Shown here: positions 28,262-40,655 of the stretch, piece after piece
Layout of the letters: every line of letters starts with the position of its first letter
Numbering within the stretch: the stretch's first letter is position 1
From: Phaeosaccion multiseriatum
Lineage: Eukaryota > Protista > Ochrophyta, other classes
Assembly: GCA_965112735.1 (NCBI GenBank)
Contig: OZ218950.1
Location: 7,130,001-7,194,000 of the forward strand
Reading direction: 5' to 3'
Length of the DNA stretch: 64,000 nucleotides
The notes under the pieces: generated by a model
The model's database searches: none
What the model was told of the DNA's origin: nothing
Seen by the model: the letters and a program-made list of their open reading frames with translations, nothing else
Program-made: the position numbers and the translations under genes

Positions 28262-30158
28262 ATGCACGCCGCGAGCGTTGCGCTCCTGGTGCTAAATGCG
28301 GCCCACTTGAGTGCCGTCTTTCGGAAGAGTCGGCAGCTTTGGCAGAGAAGGAACTGCCCCATCATCAGGGCTCGCTACCCTGGCCTTCTCCTATTCTCCG
28401 TCGCGGGACAATCGGCTTCTGTGTACATCGTCGTTGCCGAATGCATCTGCAGGTTGGAGGGGGTCCCCTTCTCGTGTGACTTCATCATATTCTCATCCTT
28501 TTTGGTGGTCGCGTTGGGTGGTAAGTGACTTATTGAGCCTTGTTGCACAGCTGTTTGTGCCTGGTTTACTTTGTGTCCACGTCTCCTCACACACGGCGGA
28601 GCTGACACCTTCTTGCTTGTCCTGCCACCTCTCGAGTCCAGGTATCCCCGCTTTAATGCGAGCTCTGAAGATGATGATAGCGATGGCAGAACAGGAGACC
28701 CGTAGAAAGTATGCCTTCATTCTGGCGCCATTCTGGGCGTGGAAGCAGGTAGCGGGCGGCTTCGTGCAGAATATGGTGATGGCCTCGTTGGTGGCGTGGT
28801 TCAGACCCTTCCAGTCCGGGAGCGACTACTACTGCTACGTGATGCAGCCTTGGCAACTGCAGATCGGTCCCATCGCCATAATGGTTGGCTTCGGAGGGTA
28901 TTGGAGCAGACGGATTGTCCAGGCCAACGACCTCCTGCGCATCGGAGAGGAGAATGCCTACATTACGATGGGCTTAATAGTCACGTCTATCATCCACTTC
29001 TTCGTCCTCGTGGTGCAGGAGACTACGAACGCATGGAAGGTGTCGACGGAGCTGAACTTCGTGCTCGCTTCCCACTGCACCTTTAGTACACTTGCTATGC
29101 TGTATTGGTGGGGAGACCTCCGGTGGGTGCGCGATCCCATAGCCAGGAGTGCCTACTTGAAAGTCAAAACAGAGCCAAGCTTCCGAGCTCCGAACAGCAA
29201 ATCGGGACGACATGTGGTGCCGCTTTCTTCTTTGACAGAAACATCGCACAGCGCGGGGGACGGGATTGGTGGAGAGGTGGCCGCAATCATGGCCCATCCG
29301 GTCTTGGACAGGCTGTTCTACGACTTCATTCGCCGAGCGCTCTGCCTCGAGAGTTACGACTTCCTTCGGGCAGTGGAGGGGTACGACGCTCTCATGCGCC
29401 GCGAGCAGCAGAGGACGGAGGGCGGGAGTCGAGAAGAAGAAGAAGGACAGGCACCACCGCAAGCCGTGCAGCAAGGGGGCGAAGGAGCGGCCGGTGGAAG
29501 CGAGGAGGGCCCTCCTGCTCCGCTGCTTGAGCAGGTGTACGAGTGCTACACCTCCATCTGCCGCACGTACATTGAGCAGTTCTCGGACATGGAGGTGAAC
29601 ATCAACACCAAGATGCGCACGCAGGGGCTGCGCCTCATGGACAGGGACGTCTTCATGAGCGCCGATCAGGTGCGCTCCCCGTGCCCTTCTGCTGCTTCTG
29701 CTGCTTGCCTGTCCCTCGCTGCCCCTGCTGGCTGGACTACCCACCAGGCATGCCTGCTCCACCGCCTCGATCCTTCCTTCTCATTTTCTTCTCACGCGTC
29801 CCTCTGCCTGTCCTCGGCCGCCTCGCCCCACCCCCTCCTGTCGCTCCACTGTCGCTCCACTGTCGATCTGGCCTGGCAGGCGGAAGCTCGCGCCAGCGTG
29901 TTCCACCCCTCCGTCCTGGAGGTGCGGCACATGCTGCAAGACAACTTCCTCGCCAAGTTCCGTGAGAGCAAGGCATACCTCGAGGCCAGGGAGGCGGAAC
30001 AAGCGGCCGCAGCCCGGGAGGGGGAGGAGACGACGACGAAGGATGACCACAACGCGCTAGACGATTTCAACAAGGCCATCACCACCATGAACTCGCCCAA
30101 GGACCTTCCCCCGAGGGAGAGTCTCTTACGTTTGGCATCCACAACTCTTCAATCATGA
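28262..30158 (+). CDS. 7TM-RGS protein, copy 1; 3 exons
   Basis: Exons 28262-28520, 28642-29669, 29880-30158. Seven hydrophobic segments precede an RGS domain: IMAHPVLDRLFYDFIRRALCLESYDFL...ICRTYIEQFSDMEVNI...VFHPSVLEVRHMLQDNFLAKFRES. Confidence 0.88.
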
Positions 30159-30189
30159 TTGTATGGTATCCCTCCGATTTGTCACTCAG

Positions 30190-30334
30190 CCCCAGACACG
30201 CCTAGTGGCCTTGGCTCTGGGCTGCCAGGCCGCTCAGCGTTCGGGGCGTTCGGCCGATGTAGACCTAGGCCGGAGCCCCCCGGCCGGTCTAGGCCGCTCA
30301 TTTTTCAATCCTAGGCGGCCTCTAGCCCGCCTCT
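30190..30334. mobile_element. Truncated copy of the TIR element that lies 3' of the RGS genes
   Basis: Matches the reverse complement of ~57030-57151 (CCCCAGACACGCCTAGTGGCCTTGGCTCTGGGCTGCCAGG). Confidence 0.7.
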
Positions 30335-30354
30335 GTTGTGGAACTCTTGAGGCT

Positions 30355-30655
30355 CCGCACAGCCCAACATGACGCCGTGCAGAAGGGCCTCGTCACGATG
30401 GTGAAGGAAGAGGGCCTTGCACTTGCTTGTCAGGGGGATTGTGCACAACACCGGATTCCCCTTCTTCATGCGGGTACGGACGGTAACAGCGAGACGGGGG
30501 AGGAACAACAGAGAGAGGGGTGACGCCCACGTGGCCACACAAATGGGATGGACATAGCTAACTCCTCCTTGAACGTTTCAGCTACCAACCCACCACTAGT
30601 ATGACTATTTATCAACATCACGCTCACTGATGCCACCAACGCCATCAATAATAGG
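30355..30655 (+). mobile_element. Degenerate internal fragment of the CRE-like retrotransposon (endonuclease region)
   Basis: QHDAVQK, FPFFMR, GGTGACGCCCACGTGGCC and TCACGCTCAC-GATGCCACCAAC match ~45200-45500, with indels. Confidence 0.8.
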
Positions 30656-30718
30656 GGACATTTAATAGGAATCACCTAAGAAACTGAAAGTGTGATTGTG
30701 AGTGTGTGTGTGTGTGTG

Positions 30719-30751
<33 letters not shown>

Positions 30752-31054
30752 TGTTTGCGTGCATGTATCTCTGTGTCTCCAAACCCTCGAGGGGCCGGTT
30801 ACTCCCCCTCTTGTGCGGGGAGGGGGAGTGCAGGACCAGCTCCGCGGTTGAGCCGGCCCAAAGAAGAATATGTATTACCCTTTTAAGTGCCATCTATGAT
30901 TGTCCAAAAGGTGAGAAAAGGGCCATGCTCGTCGCCACCTGTGAATCCACGAGAAGAACCAACGTCTCACCCCTCCAACCACTGTGCCGTCTTGATCAGG
31001 GCGGCCCCTCACCCCCTGCCTCTCCTCTACGGGGCAGGGTAATAGCATCTTTAC

Positions 31055-33705
31055 ATGTCCCTCAAGCTAAGCGTGCCGATGGAGGTATGCACGCAGCTGC
31101 TTCCTCTCCGTCAACCCTGTAACCCTCTCCCAATACCAACACCATCTCTTTCTTTAAAATGCCCCTGGCGATGTCCCCCCCCCCCCCCCTTGCCATGTCT
31201 CACTGTGGGCGTTTGCAAGCCTTTCTATCGGCCCTGCTCTCCCCTCCGGCTGCTGACATCCTCCGCTCCCCCCCTGCCCTGTCTCACTGTGGCACTTGCA
31301 GGCCTTCCTCTGGGGCTTGCTCTCCTCCTCTTCGTTGGTGGTGGGCGCCGCAATCGCTCTTTACCGTCTGCCTAGCGAGCATACACGAGCTGTGCTTATG
31401 GCCTTTGGGGCCGGGGCGCTGCTTTTCGCCTTGTCCATCGAGCTCTTCGGTCACACGCTTTTCGAGAGGGAGTTCGAGTTTGAGATGAAGCAGGAGGAGG
31501 AGGTGAGAGAGCGGGGAGTGGCCCAGAGCGGTCTTATTACTATCTACCAAGCGTAGGGGGGGGAGTGGGAGTGTCCATGAGTGTGCACTCTGGTACTTCA
31601 CGCAGTGTCGCACAGGGGGGAGGCCACACGGACAGCAAACGGGCCAGGGGAAAAGGAGCAGGCGCGGCGCTTGCAGCGGTTTCCAGTGTGTGGCGAGGGA
31701 GGAGGGACAAAGTTGAGGAGGTTGGAGAGAACGGACGCAAACTCAAAAGGGAAGACGTTTCGCAATTCCTGGCGTGCTACCATAACTCGATACCCTCCCC
31801 GGGCACGACAATCGGTGCTCCCCTGGGACCTCCAACTCAAAGCCTGTGCCTCCGAAGTGCCTGGTAGCTCTGCATGCAGGGCCAACGCCCTCTGACTCGC
31901 CTGCCCCTTGCTGCCTCCCTCTGCCTCTGGCTTTCTTGCTCATTTCCTGCACCTATATATATATCCCTTACACGTTTTTCAGGTAGGTTCCTGTAAGTCA
32001 CTCTAATAATTCTCCCACCCCCCTCCCGCCCTTCTCTCTTGCGGACACACTCACACAAACATACGAATACACACACACACGCACACACACACACGCACGC
32101 ACACTCACACGCACGCACACACACTCACGCACACACACTCACACACACACTCACACGCACACCCACAGGGCCACCCCGGGGGCTACAACTATGCCCTGAT
32201 GCGGTCCGTGCTAGTCATGGCATCGTCCGCTGCCCTGGGGGGGGTCATCTTTGTCGCCATGGACAAGTGAGGTGGTGGAGGTGGGGGTGTGTTGGTGTGT
32301 GAGGAAGAGAGGAAGACAGCTGTGGTGAGAGAGGGAGGGGGGATGGTGGGGATGGTGGGCATGGTGGGCATGGGGGAAACGTGCGGTGGAGGGAAGGGAG
32401 GGATGGATCTTGTCTTGTCGCTGTGGAGGTGTGAGCAGCTGCCCCTTGGTGCTGACCTTTTGCCCGTCCTTTCCGACAAAACACACACTCACTCCTTTCA
32501 GAGCGTTGTCGGAGAAGGGAGGCTTCATGCGAAGGCAGTCCACGCTGGTGCTCAGCTCCAAGGGCCGGGCCTGGCTAGGCAGACTGAAGGACTCGCTTGG
32601 GGTGAGTGGGATGCCGGCCCAACTGCACACTCTAGCATCAGAGAGGGAAGGCGCAGGCAGCACTGCCCACTATCCTGCTATCGTTCGTGCTTGTGACACG
32701 TGTGCCAGAGGCGGAACTCGAGCTGCACAGCCACAGAGCGCCAGACAGTGTGACACTCTCTCGAGCTGCACAGCCACAGAGCGCCAGACAGTGTGACACT
32801 CTCTCGAACAGTCAGTGCCGCTCCTCTTGCCCTCCTGCCCTTACACGTAAACCACGCCCCCCCCCCCGGCATTTCCATCTATCCTCTCCTCTCCTCTCCC
32901 TCCTCACCCTCCCCTCAGACCCGTGCGCTGAACGTGCTTCAGAACGAGGAGCGCCTCTTCGGGGCAGCCCACCGTAAGGTCCTTGCGGAGATGTTGCTGC
33001 CGTTCGTGGTGGTCAGGGACTTCAAGCCCGGGGAGGTCATCCAGGTACGTTGTGGGTACGCGGCATTTGTGAATATGAGTAGTTGTACGCCAGTTGTGAA
33101 TGAGTATATGCCCTCTTGTGACTTTTAGTAGAAGGAAGTGACGTCAGCTCACCTAGTGCTTACGTTCTGTTCTATATTGTCCACGCCTCCTCACCCTCTC
33201 CTTTGCTGACGTATATACACTTACGCTGCTTTCGGCTCTTCTCCCTCCCTCCCCCCCAACACCCGAACGTCCAACGCGAGCAGCTGCAACAAAACGCACG
33301 GAGCCCTCTCTTCATCGTCATGAGTGGCTCCGTACACATTGTGTTTACGGAGGACCCAAGGGGAATGTCCGGGAGCGCCGACGACGGCTGGAAAGAGAAA
33401 GAGGCAACACACACGAGCAAGGCGGGCAGTAAGGCAAGGAGCAGCAAGGCTCTGATCATGGGCGGGCGGGGGAGGGGCGCGGGGGAGGAGGAGGAGGGGG
33501 AGGAGGAGGAGGAGGGGGACACAGAGGGGAACACAGAGGAGGACGCAGAGGAGGCGGATGGGCGGGAGGAGGGCGTGAGGGTGGGGGCCGTGCTCTGTGG
33601 GCAGGGGGAGGTGGACGGGGTGTGGCGAGGGGCTACGCCGGTCATTGTGAGGTGAGTGATTCTAAGGCCAGCCTGCAAGGGGTTGCTGAAAAAGCCCCCC
33701 CTTAG

Positions 33706-33740
<35 letters not shown>

Positions 33741-34566
33741 CGTGGTTATGGCTGGTTTTCTTTCTCTTCCCTCTCTCCTCTTAGCATCGCACTGAAACTC
33801 ACGCACACCTCCCTCTGGCTGGCTCTTACTGGCTCTCACTGGCTCTCACTGGCTCTCAGGGCCGACGAAGTGTTCGGAGAGATGAGTCTCGTGTGCGGGC
33901 GGCCCGTCAACTGCGTCGCCTTGGCAGCACCCCCCGCGAATGACCAACAGCACCAGAACGAGCAGCAGCAGCAGCAGCGAAGAAGAAGAAGAAGAAGAAG
34001 AAGAAGGAGCCTCTTCACCCCCTCCCGCAGTGCGAGTTTCAGTGCTGATGCCGGCGCCAGCGCGGGGCTCTCGTCCGCCAACGGCACCAGCGAGGGACCC
34101 GTGAGTCGCACGTCTGTATTAAAGCAGCACAAGATTCGCTCGGGCAGCAGCTTCGGCAGGAGTGTGGGCACCCACTCGACTATGATGGGCCGGCGGCCTA
34201 GCGGGGGGGGGGGGGGGGGCTGCTCGGCAGGACGTTCGGTATGACAAGGGAGGAGGGAAGAGAAGAAGCGGAAACCTTGGCCGGTGAGTGAGGGAGGGCG
34301 TTGGGGTTGCTCGGTTGGGAGTGAGTGAAGAGTGAGTGAGTAAGTGAATGAATGCGTGAGTGGGTGAGTGAGTGAGTTTCTCTGACTGCCTCCCCTCACT
34401 TCACTGCCCTCCCCGCGTCACAGGCGGGGCCAAGTGCTTGATGATCGATCGGAGACACATCGATCGCTTCTTCCGAGCGAGTCAAGCCGCCATGGCTGAG
34501 GTCACGCGCACACGCGCCGCAGTCGACGTGTTGCTCTACGACCACGTGAGTGAGTGCGTGCGTACG

Positions 34567-34598
<32 letters not shown>

Positions 34599-36617
34599 TG
34601 TGTATGTGTGCGTGTGTATGTGTGCGTGCGTGTGTGCATGCGTGCGAGGACTTGAGTGTTTTTGCGCTTTCATTTGCTTGGTGGGCTTTGTTGCGCACAC
34701 ACTTCGCGCCTTCCGACTCCTCCTCCTTACCCCCCCCCCCCCCCCTCTCCCTCCCTCCGTGCCTCGATCGCTGCTACATCTCTCCTCATTGATGATTCGA
34801 TGGCAATCAATGGCAACCAAAGGACGGAGACGGATGCACAGAGATGGTGGGGGTGGAGGTTCCCAGGGCCGAGGTGATGAGTCTGTTGTCCGTGTCGCAG
34901 GTCACAGAGTATGCCAAGGGAGACGTACTGTACAATGAGGTGAGCACGAAGGGGAAGGGGAACGGGAAGGGAGAGAGGGAGGGAGGGAGGGAGGGAGGGA
35001 GGGAGCAAGAGTGAAGGGGGGGGGGAGGTACTGAGTGGAGCGAGTTGCGTGCGTGCGTGTGTGGTACCATACCAACCCCAACCCCCATTTGTCGACTGTC
35101 CCTCGTATCACCAACAGGTGGACCGCAGCAGTCCGCTGTGGGTGGTGTGCCAGGGCGGAGTTCGGCTGTGCACTCCGCCAGACGAGCAGCAGCCCCCTTG
35201 GGACATCGGAGAGGGGGGGGGAGGGGGGCAGGGAGGACATGCTGCCAGCGACGGGCAAAACGACCAAGTGAGTGAGGGAGGCGAGGGAGGTGACGGAGGC
35301 GAAGCTCAATCAGGAGGAGGAGTCCAAAGAGGCCTCTCTCATCCCACCCCCCTCTCTCGTCTCCCTCACTCTCTGCTCCCCTCTCCTCCCCTCTCCTCCC
35401 CTCTCCTCCCCTCTCCTCCCCCCTCTCTCCTCCTCTCTCTCCTCCTCTCTCTCCCTTCCTCTCTCCCTCTCTCTCCCTGCCCCCCCCCCTCTCCTTCACA
35501 TACACCCACCCACCCCCCTCCCCTCCCCTCAGCGCCCCCCCCTGGAGAGCCCCCGTGGACACCAAGTGGTGTCTCGGGCAGGACCGAGGAGTCTACTCGG
35601 GGCCTCTTCTCTCCGCCCAGGTAGAGGTATATGGGCAGGGTAGGGGTATATGGGCAGGGTAGGGTAGAGGTATATGGGCAGGACCGCGGAGTCTACTCGG
35701 GGCCTCTTCTCTCCCGCCCAGGTAGAGGTATATGGGCAGGGAAGAGGTACTTGTGCAGGGCAGGGTAGAGGTGTATGGGTAGGGTTGGGTAGAGGTACTT
35801 GTGCAGGGCAGGGTAGAGGTACATGGGCAGGGTAGGGCAGGGCATGGTAGTCTATATCTCTGTTTTGTTGCATGTGACGAGGCCGTCCGTCCCCGCGGTA
35901 TGCGAACGCTCCCTCGCTCTTGTGCGATAGGGATAGCTTGCTCACGCACTCACTGATGTGTCGCTTCGTGTCGCTTCGTGCCTGTACGACAGGGGTAAGT
36001 CGGCAGATCTGTGAGGCGCTAGAGACCCCGACCATTGTGATGATGCTTCCTCGCAAGCGGAGGGAGCGCCTCTTCGATAGCGCCCCCAACCTCGCCACGG
36101 CCTTCCAAGCTGCTGCTGACCTACAGCCAGGTGCGTGTGTGGGTGTGTGGGTGTGTGGGTGTGTGGGTGTGTGGGTGTGTGCGTGTGTGCGTGTGTGCGT
36201 GTGTGGGTGTGTGGGTGTGTGGTTGTGTGGGTGCGTGGGTGGCTCCCTTCCCTTTCTGTCTGTGACCACCCTTCCACCCTTTCCCCCTTTCCCTTTGTCC
36301 GATCTCTTTCCCTCTCTCTCTGTTACCACCTTTCTCCCTACGACCCCCACACCCCACCACCCGCCAGGCACTTACACGAGGTACAAGGAGAGGTCGGAGA
36401 GGGCATCAAGGGCTGTGGAGATGAAGCCCTCTGAGGTACACACGCCCGGTAAGGACAGGGAGGAAGCGAAGGGAGGAGGGGCCCAGGTAGGCCTGTCCGG
36501 AGGGGAAGTACAGCAGTTGATGGTACAGCAGCAGGAGGAGACGACAGAGGAACCCGCGGCGGAGGCTGCCGCACGCGCCCCCGCAAAGGAAGAGGACAGA
36601 GACGAGGAGGAGCAGCA

Positions 36618-36654
<37 letters not shown>

Positions 36655-38780
36655 GAGGAGGAGGAGGAGGAGGATGGTGATGATGAGGATGAGGGGTGGC
36701 ACTACGAGAGAATGCGAGCAAGGCGCGTGGGGTCAAGCATTTGCCTACTGGAGGATGAGCGGCCGGACGTTGTGGGGCTGTTGGACCTCTCGCACAGCTC
36801 ACAGGTTGACGACGCCGACGAAATCGCGCACCTCTTTGAAGATGATGTGGACTTGGAGCCCGTTGCAGCAGCCGCTGTGGGTGCGGTGACTGGCGCGACG
36901 GAAACGCACGCACACACACAGGCGGCAGAGGGAACGACGGAGGAGAAGGCGTCGGGAGGGCAAGGCGGAGGCGGAGGCGGAGGGGAAGGGGCAGGCCAGG
37001 GACCACGGGAGGGGGTGGGCAGTCCTCTCTTTCGGAGGGGTCTGCAGCGGCGCAGAAGCAGGAGCTACGGGAGCGTTTCCGACCACGACGGTGACGCCTC
37101 AGCAGCTGTTGGGTCTTGGAGGAGGGGCAGTGCGAGCGCTGCAATGGGAGCGGCGCAAGGCACTAGCACGACTCGACGCGTTCGCCTCAGCGGCAATGTG
37201 GTGGACCTTGCTGTAACCGCTCCCGGCACGGAGGAGGGGAGGCGAAGTTCCGAGTCGACATTCGGGCACGATGCTCGGAAGGGGGTTCGGTTCCTGCACG
37301 AACGGGGTGGAGGGGGTAGTGGCGGGGTGGGAGGGGGAGGTGTAGGGGTATATGGGGCAGGGTCGGCGGCGAAGAGCAAGGGCACCATAAGGAGAGCTTC
37401 GGACCTGCAGGCAGGGGAGGTCACGCCGTCCGATCGAGGAGCAGGAGAAGGTGGAGGGGGAGGGGGAGGGGGAGGAGGGGCGGCGGAGGCAGTGGTGGTG
37501 GTGGCGGGTGAGGCAGGCCCTCTGCAGCAGCTCACGGACGAGCAACTCGTGGCGGTGGAGGGGCGTGTGCTGCACACCGGGGAAGGGGGTAGGGGCGAGC
37601 ACGTCAACGCTACAGACAAGAACACTGCCATCGTTATCTGGGTGGGCATCAATTTGTGAGTGGGGCTTGCTTTTGCTTCTGCTTCTGGCCTCTTTTTGCT
37701 TGGGGTAGGGGAGGAGGCTTGCTTGCTTGCTGGCTTGTTGGCTTGGGGTAGGGGAGGAAGAGGACGGAGGACCCACGCAAGGCTGCTTACCAGTCTCATA
37801 TTCCTTGGTGTTGGGCTGCTTGGGGTAGGGGAGGAGGGAGGACCCAAACTTACTCACCACTCTCTCCTCTTGCCCGGCACACTGCGACTGTCCCTATTAT
37901 GCAAAGTCTCGCGGAAGTTGTTGATACGCGCAGCTTTCTTCTGACACCCCCTCTTATCTCCGTCTCTCTCTGCCTCCCTCCCTCTCCCTTCCTCTCTTTC
38001 CGCCTCCCTCCCTCTCCCTCTCCTTCTGCCTCCCTCTCTCTCAACACTTCATATCGCATTCATCGGCCGCACAGCGACGCTATTCCAGAGTCCCTCGTGG
38101 TGAGTGCATGTATGTGTGCCAGTTGTGCAAGGCAGGCGCTGGATTCGACTGTCGAGTCCATCACTGCCATCCAGTGCTGACTAGCCCCCCCCCCCCCCCC
38201 TGCCCACAGATCGGCTTTATTGTGGCCTCGGGAAAAGGCTCAGATGCCCTTGTACTTGTGCTGGGCGTGTTCCTGAGCAACTTCCCTGAGGTAAGGAGGG
38301 AGGGAGACTAGAGAGAGAGAGAGGAAGGGAGGGAGGGAGGGAGGGAGGAGGAGAGGGAGGGGAGCGAGGAGGGAGAGAAGGAGGGAGAGAGAGAGAAGGG
38401 GGCAGGGAAATAGAGGGCAAGGCATCCACCTCACATCTGTGCATACATCTCCTCCCCCCCTCCCCTCGCAGGCCATGAGCTCCGCCGCCACGATGAAGTC
38501 AACAGGCATGAGCAGCAAAGCCATCATGCTCATGTGGAGCAGCACTGCTATAATGACCGGCTTGGGGGCGTGTCTAGGAGCTGCCATCCTCCCCGACGAC
38601 CCCTCCGGCACCTTCGATCTGTTGGTGGAGGGCCTTCAGGGCTTGGCTGCAGGAGCTATGCTTACCTTGACGGCTCAGACCATGCTTCCTCACGCCTATC
38701 ACTACGCCGAGCAGTGGACCGGCCTGGCCACGCTTGCAGGCTTCCTCAGCGCGCTGCTGGTCAAGCTCGTGCCGGTGTGA
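31055..38780 (+). CDS. ZIP (ZupT/GufA-like) metal transporter with two cNMP-binding-like domains in the TM3-TM4 loop; many exons
   Basis: N-part AFLWGLLSSSSLVVGA...LMAFGAGALLFALSIELF. CNBD1 DFKPGEVIQ|...LFIVMSGSV...FGEMSLV; CNBD2 EYAKGDVLYNE|...LWVVCQGGV. C-part WVGINF|DAIPESLV|IG...FLSNFPE|AMSS...AAGAMLTLTAQTMLPHA. Some internal exon borders are uncertain. Confidence 0.82.
35575..35845. repeat. G-rich intronic minisatellite (GGGCAGGGTAGAGGT units plus a ~60-bp duplication)
   Basis: Visible tandem units inside the ZIP gene. Confidence 0.75.
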
Positions 38781-38784
38781 TGGT

Positions 38785-38803
38785 GCGATGATGATGATGA
38801 TGG

Positions 38804-38867
<64 letters not shown>
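38785..38867. repeat. (GAT)n microsatellite
   Basis: Visible tract just after the ZIP stop codon. Confidence 0.95.
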
Positions 38868-38868
<1 letters not shown>

Positions 38869-39411
38869 TGATGATGTGATGGGGTCATACAGGGTTATTT
38901 GGGATCATGTGGGGTCCTGTCGTGGGGAGGGTGTCTGTCTCTGCTCCTCTTAAGTGGTGAGGGTGTGTCCTCCTCCTCCTCCTCCTCCTGCTTTAGGCGC
39001 GCGAGATGGCAGCAGATGGAGAGGCAGCTCACTCACGCAGAGTGAATGAGAGAGCAGCAGCATAGAGCAGCGGCAACATGACCCACGGCACGCAGAGCTC
39101 TGCAGGTAGTGAAGTAGTGAGAAGCGGCACACACGCTCCTCGACAGTTACTTAACAGTTACTTAACAACACGCAATTGTCTCGAAGAGGGCACACCGTTC
39201 GTGCGTGCCCCGTGGAGGACGAAGCTCAACAAATACAACTTCAACATCAACAATACAACTACTTACTCATCAACAATACAATAACTTACTCATCATTTCG
39301 TATGGGACATCTTCGTGGAGCGAGCCAGTTAACAGTTGCAGTTTCGCAGGTTTTGTAACTGACTAAGGCTAGCCCTGCCACTCCAGCCACTCCCCAGGCA
39401 ATATGGCTTGA

Positions 39412-39584
39412 AACGAGAGATCGGTTCGACACAGGGTTATGGCTGATACAAGGTATCAACTTTGTACCGATGGGGAGCACCGACGAGTTGGAGGGATACG
39501 ACCTCGGGGGCTAAGTCCCCGGGGGCGGGTGAAATGTTACTTTTAGGCAAACCATAGATGGCACTTAAGGGGGCTATCCTCCTT
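39412..39584 (+). mobile_element. 5'-truncated 3' end of the CRE-like retrotransposon family
   Basis: GATCGGTTCGACACAGG...GGTATCAACTTTGT...ACGACCTCG...TTACTTTTAG...AACCATAGATGGCACTTAAGGG matches ~45824-45966. Confidence 0.85.
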
Positions 39585-40337
39585 TGACTTGAGACTGCAC
39601 CCTTCCCTTGCCTTGCTTGGAGGGAGTGTGGCTTGGAGGGGTTCCTTCCCTTGCCTTGCTTGGAGGGAGTGTGTGTGTGTGGCTTGGAGGGGTGAGGCAC
39701 ACGTGCTCGACGTGCGCTTCTTCCACAGGCCCAACGACGCGGGTGTAGAGCTGTGGAGCGGAGTGATGGGAGAGACACAGCCGGAAGCTCAAGCTCAAGG
39801 CCGACAGCCAAGGCAAGCTGCACAGCCAAGGCAAGCTGCTTGCAAGGGACAAGACACCTCATCCTGTCCTCCTCGTCCTTGCCTCGCTTCACGAGGACTA
39901 CATCCAGTCGGCCCTGGTCAGTCAACCTTCCCTCCTGCTGCTCATGCTGCTCTTCCTGTCCGTCCGTCCGTCTGTCCAGCTGGCCATGGCCTGTCGCCGC
40001 CCGCCCCCCCTCCCCTCTAGCTAGGCCCCTTCTTCCTCCTGCCCTCCAGCTAGGCCCCTCCTTCCTCCTGCAGGAGCGTCAGAGGCACGTCTGCGAGGCG
40101 TCTGCTCTGCTCGGCGCTGGAGCGGCGATGTCTCCACGCACGACACTCTGCACGGCGCTTTTTTCGGCCACCCGGCACTGCTGGCACTGATGACACTGGC
40201 ATGGGCATGGGCGAGCTGTGGCGGCGGCTGCCGGACTGGGAAGGAGGTAATGGAGCGTCATCACAGGACGCATCTTGCCCTGCCCCATGCAATGCCTCTG
40301 CCTCTACACCTGTTGCGCCTCCTCGCCCCTCCTCCTC

Positions 40338-40388
<51 letters not shown>

Positions 40389-40655
40389 GCTCTCTGTCGC
40401 AGGGGCAGAGGGTCCGCTCAGTTGGGGCTCGGCCTTCTTCGCCCCGCTTTGGTCCCCCCCCTCCGCCTCCGCCTCCTCTTGAGCCGCCCAAAACACTTTC
40501 CACGCATCTTCGATGTTCGGGTACACTTTGTTGTGTTGGTCATGATGCAAGTGGCACAAAGAGAGCATGCGGGAGTCAGCTTACCAGGTCAAGGCCTCGC
40601 TCACAACAAGACAGAGAGCGGATCGACTGAGGGAGAGAGAGAAATCTTTGATAGA

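Noticed and set aside
28311-30158. 615-aa single-exon RGS ORF from the track
   Set aside because: It reads through two GT-AG introns, and its N-terminus is off-frame relative to the TM1-TM3 exon conserved in all three copies.
32717-32806. 43-bp direct tandem duplication in a ZIP intron
   Set aside because: A simple two-copy slippage with no further structure.
39590-40570. Possible gene between the ZIP and LOG genes
   Set aside because: Only low-complexity ORFs on both strands, with no domain or consistent splice model.
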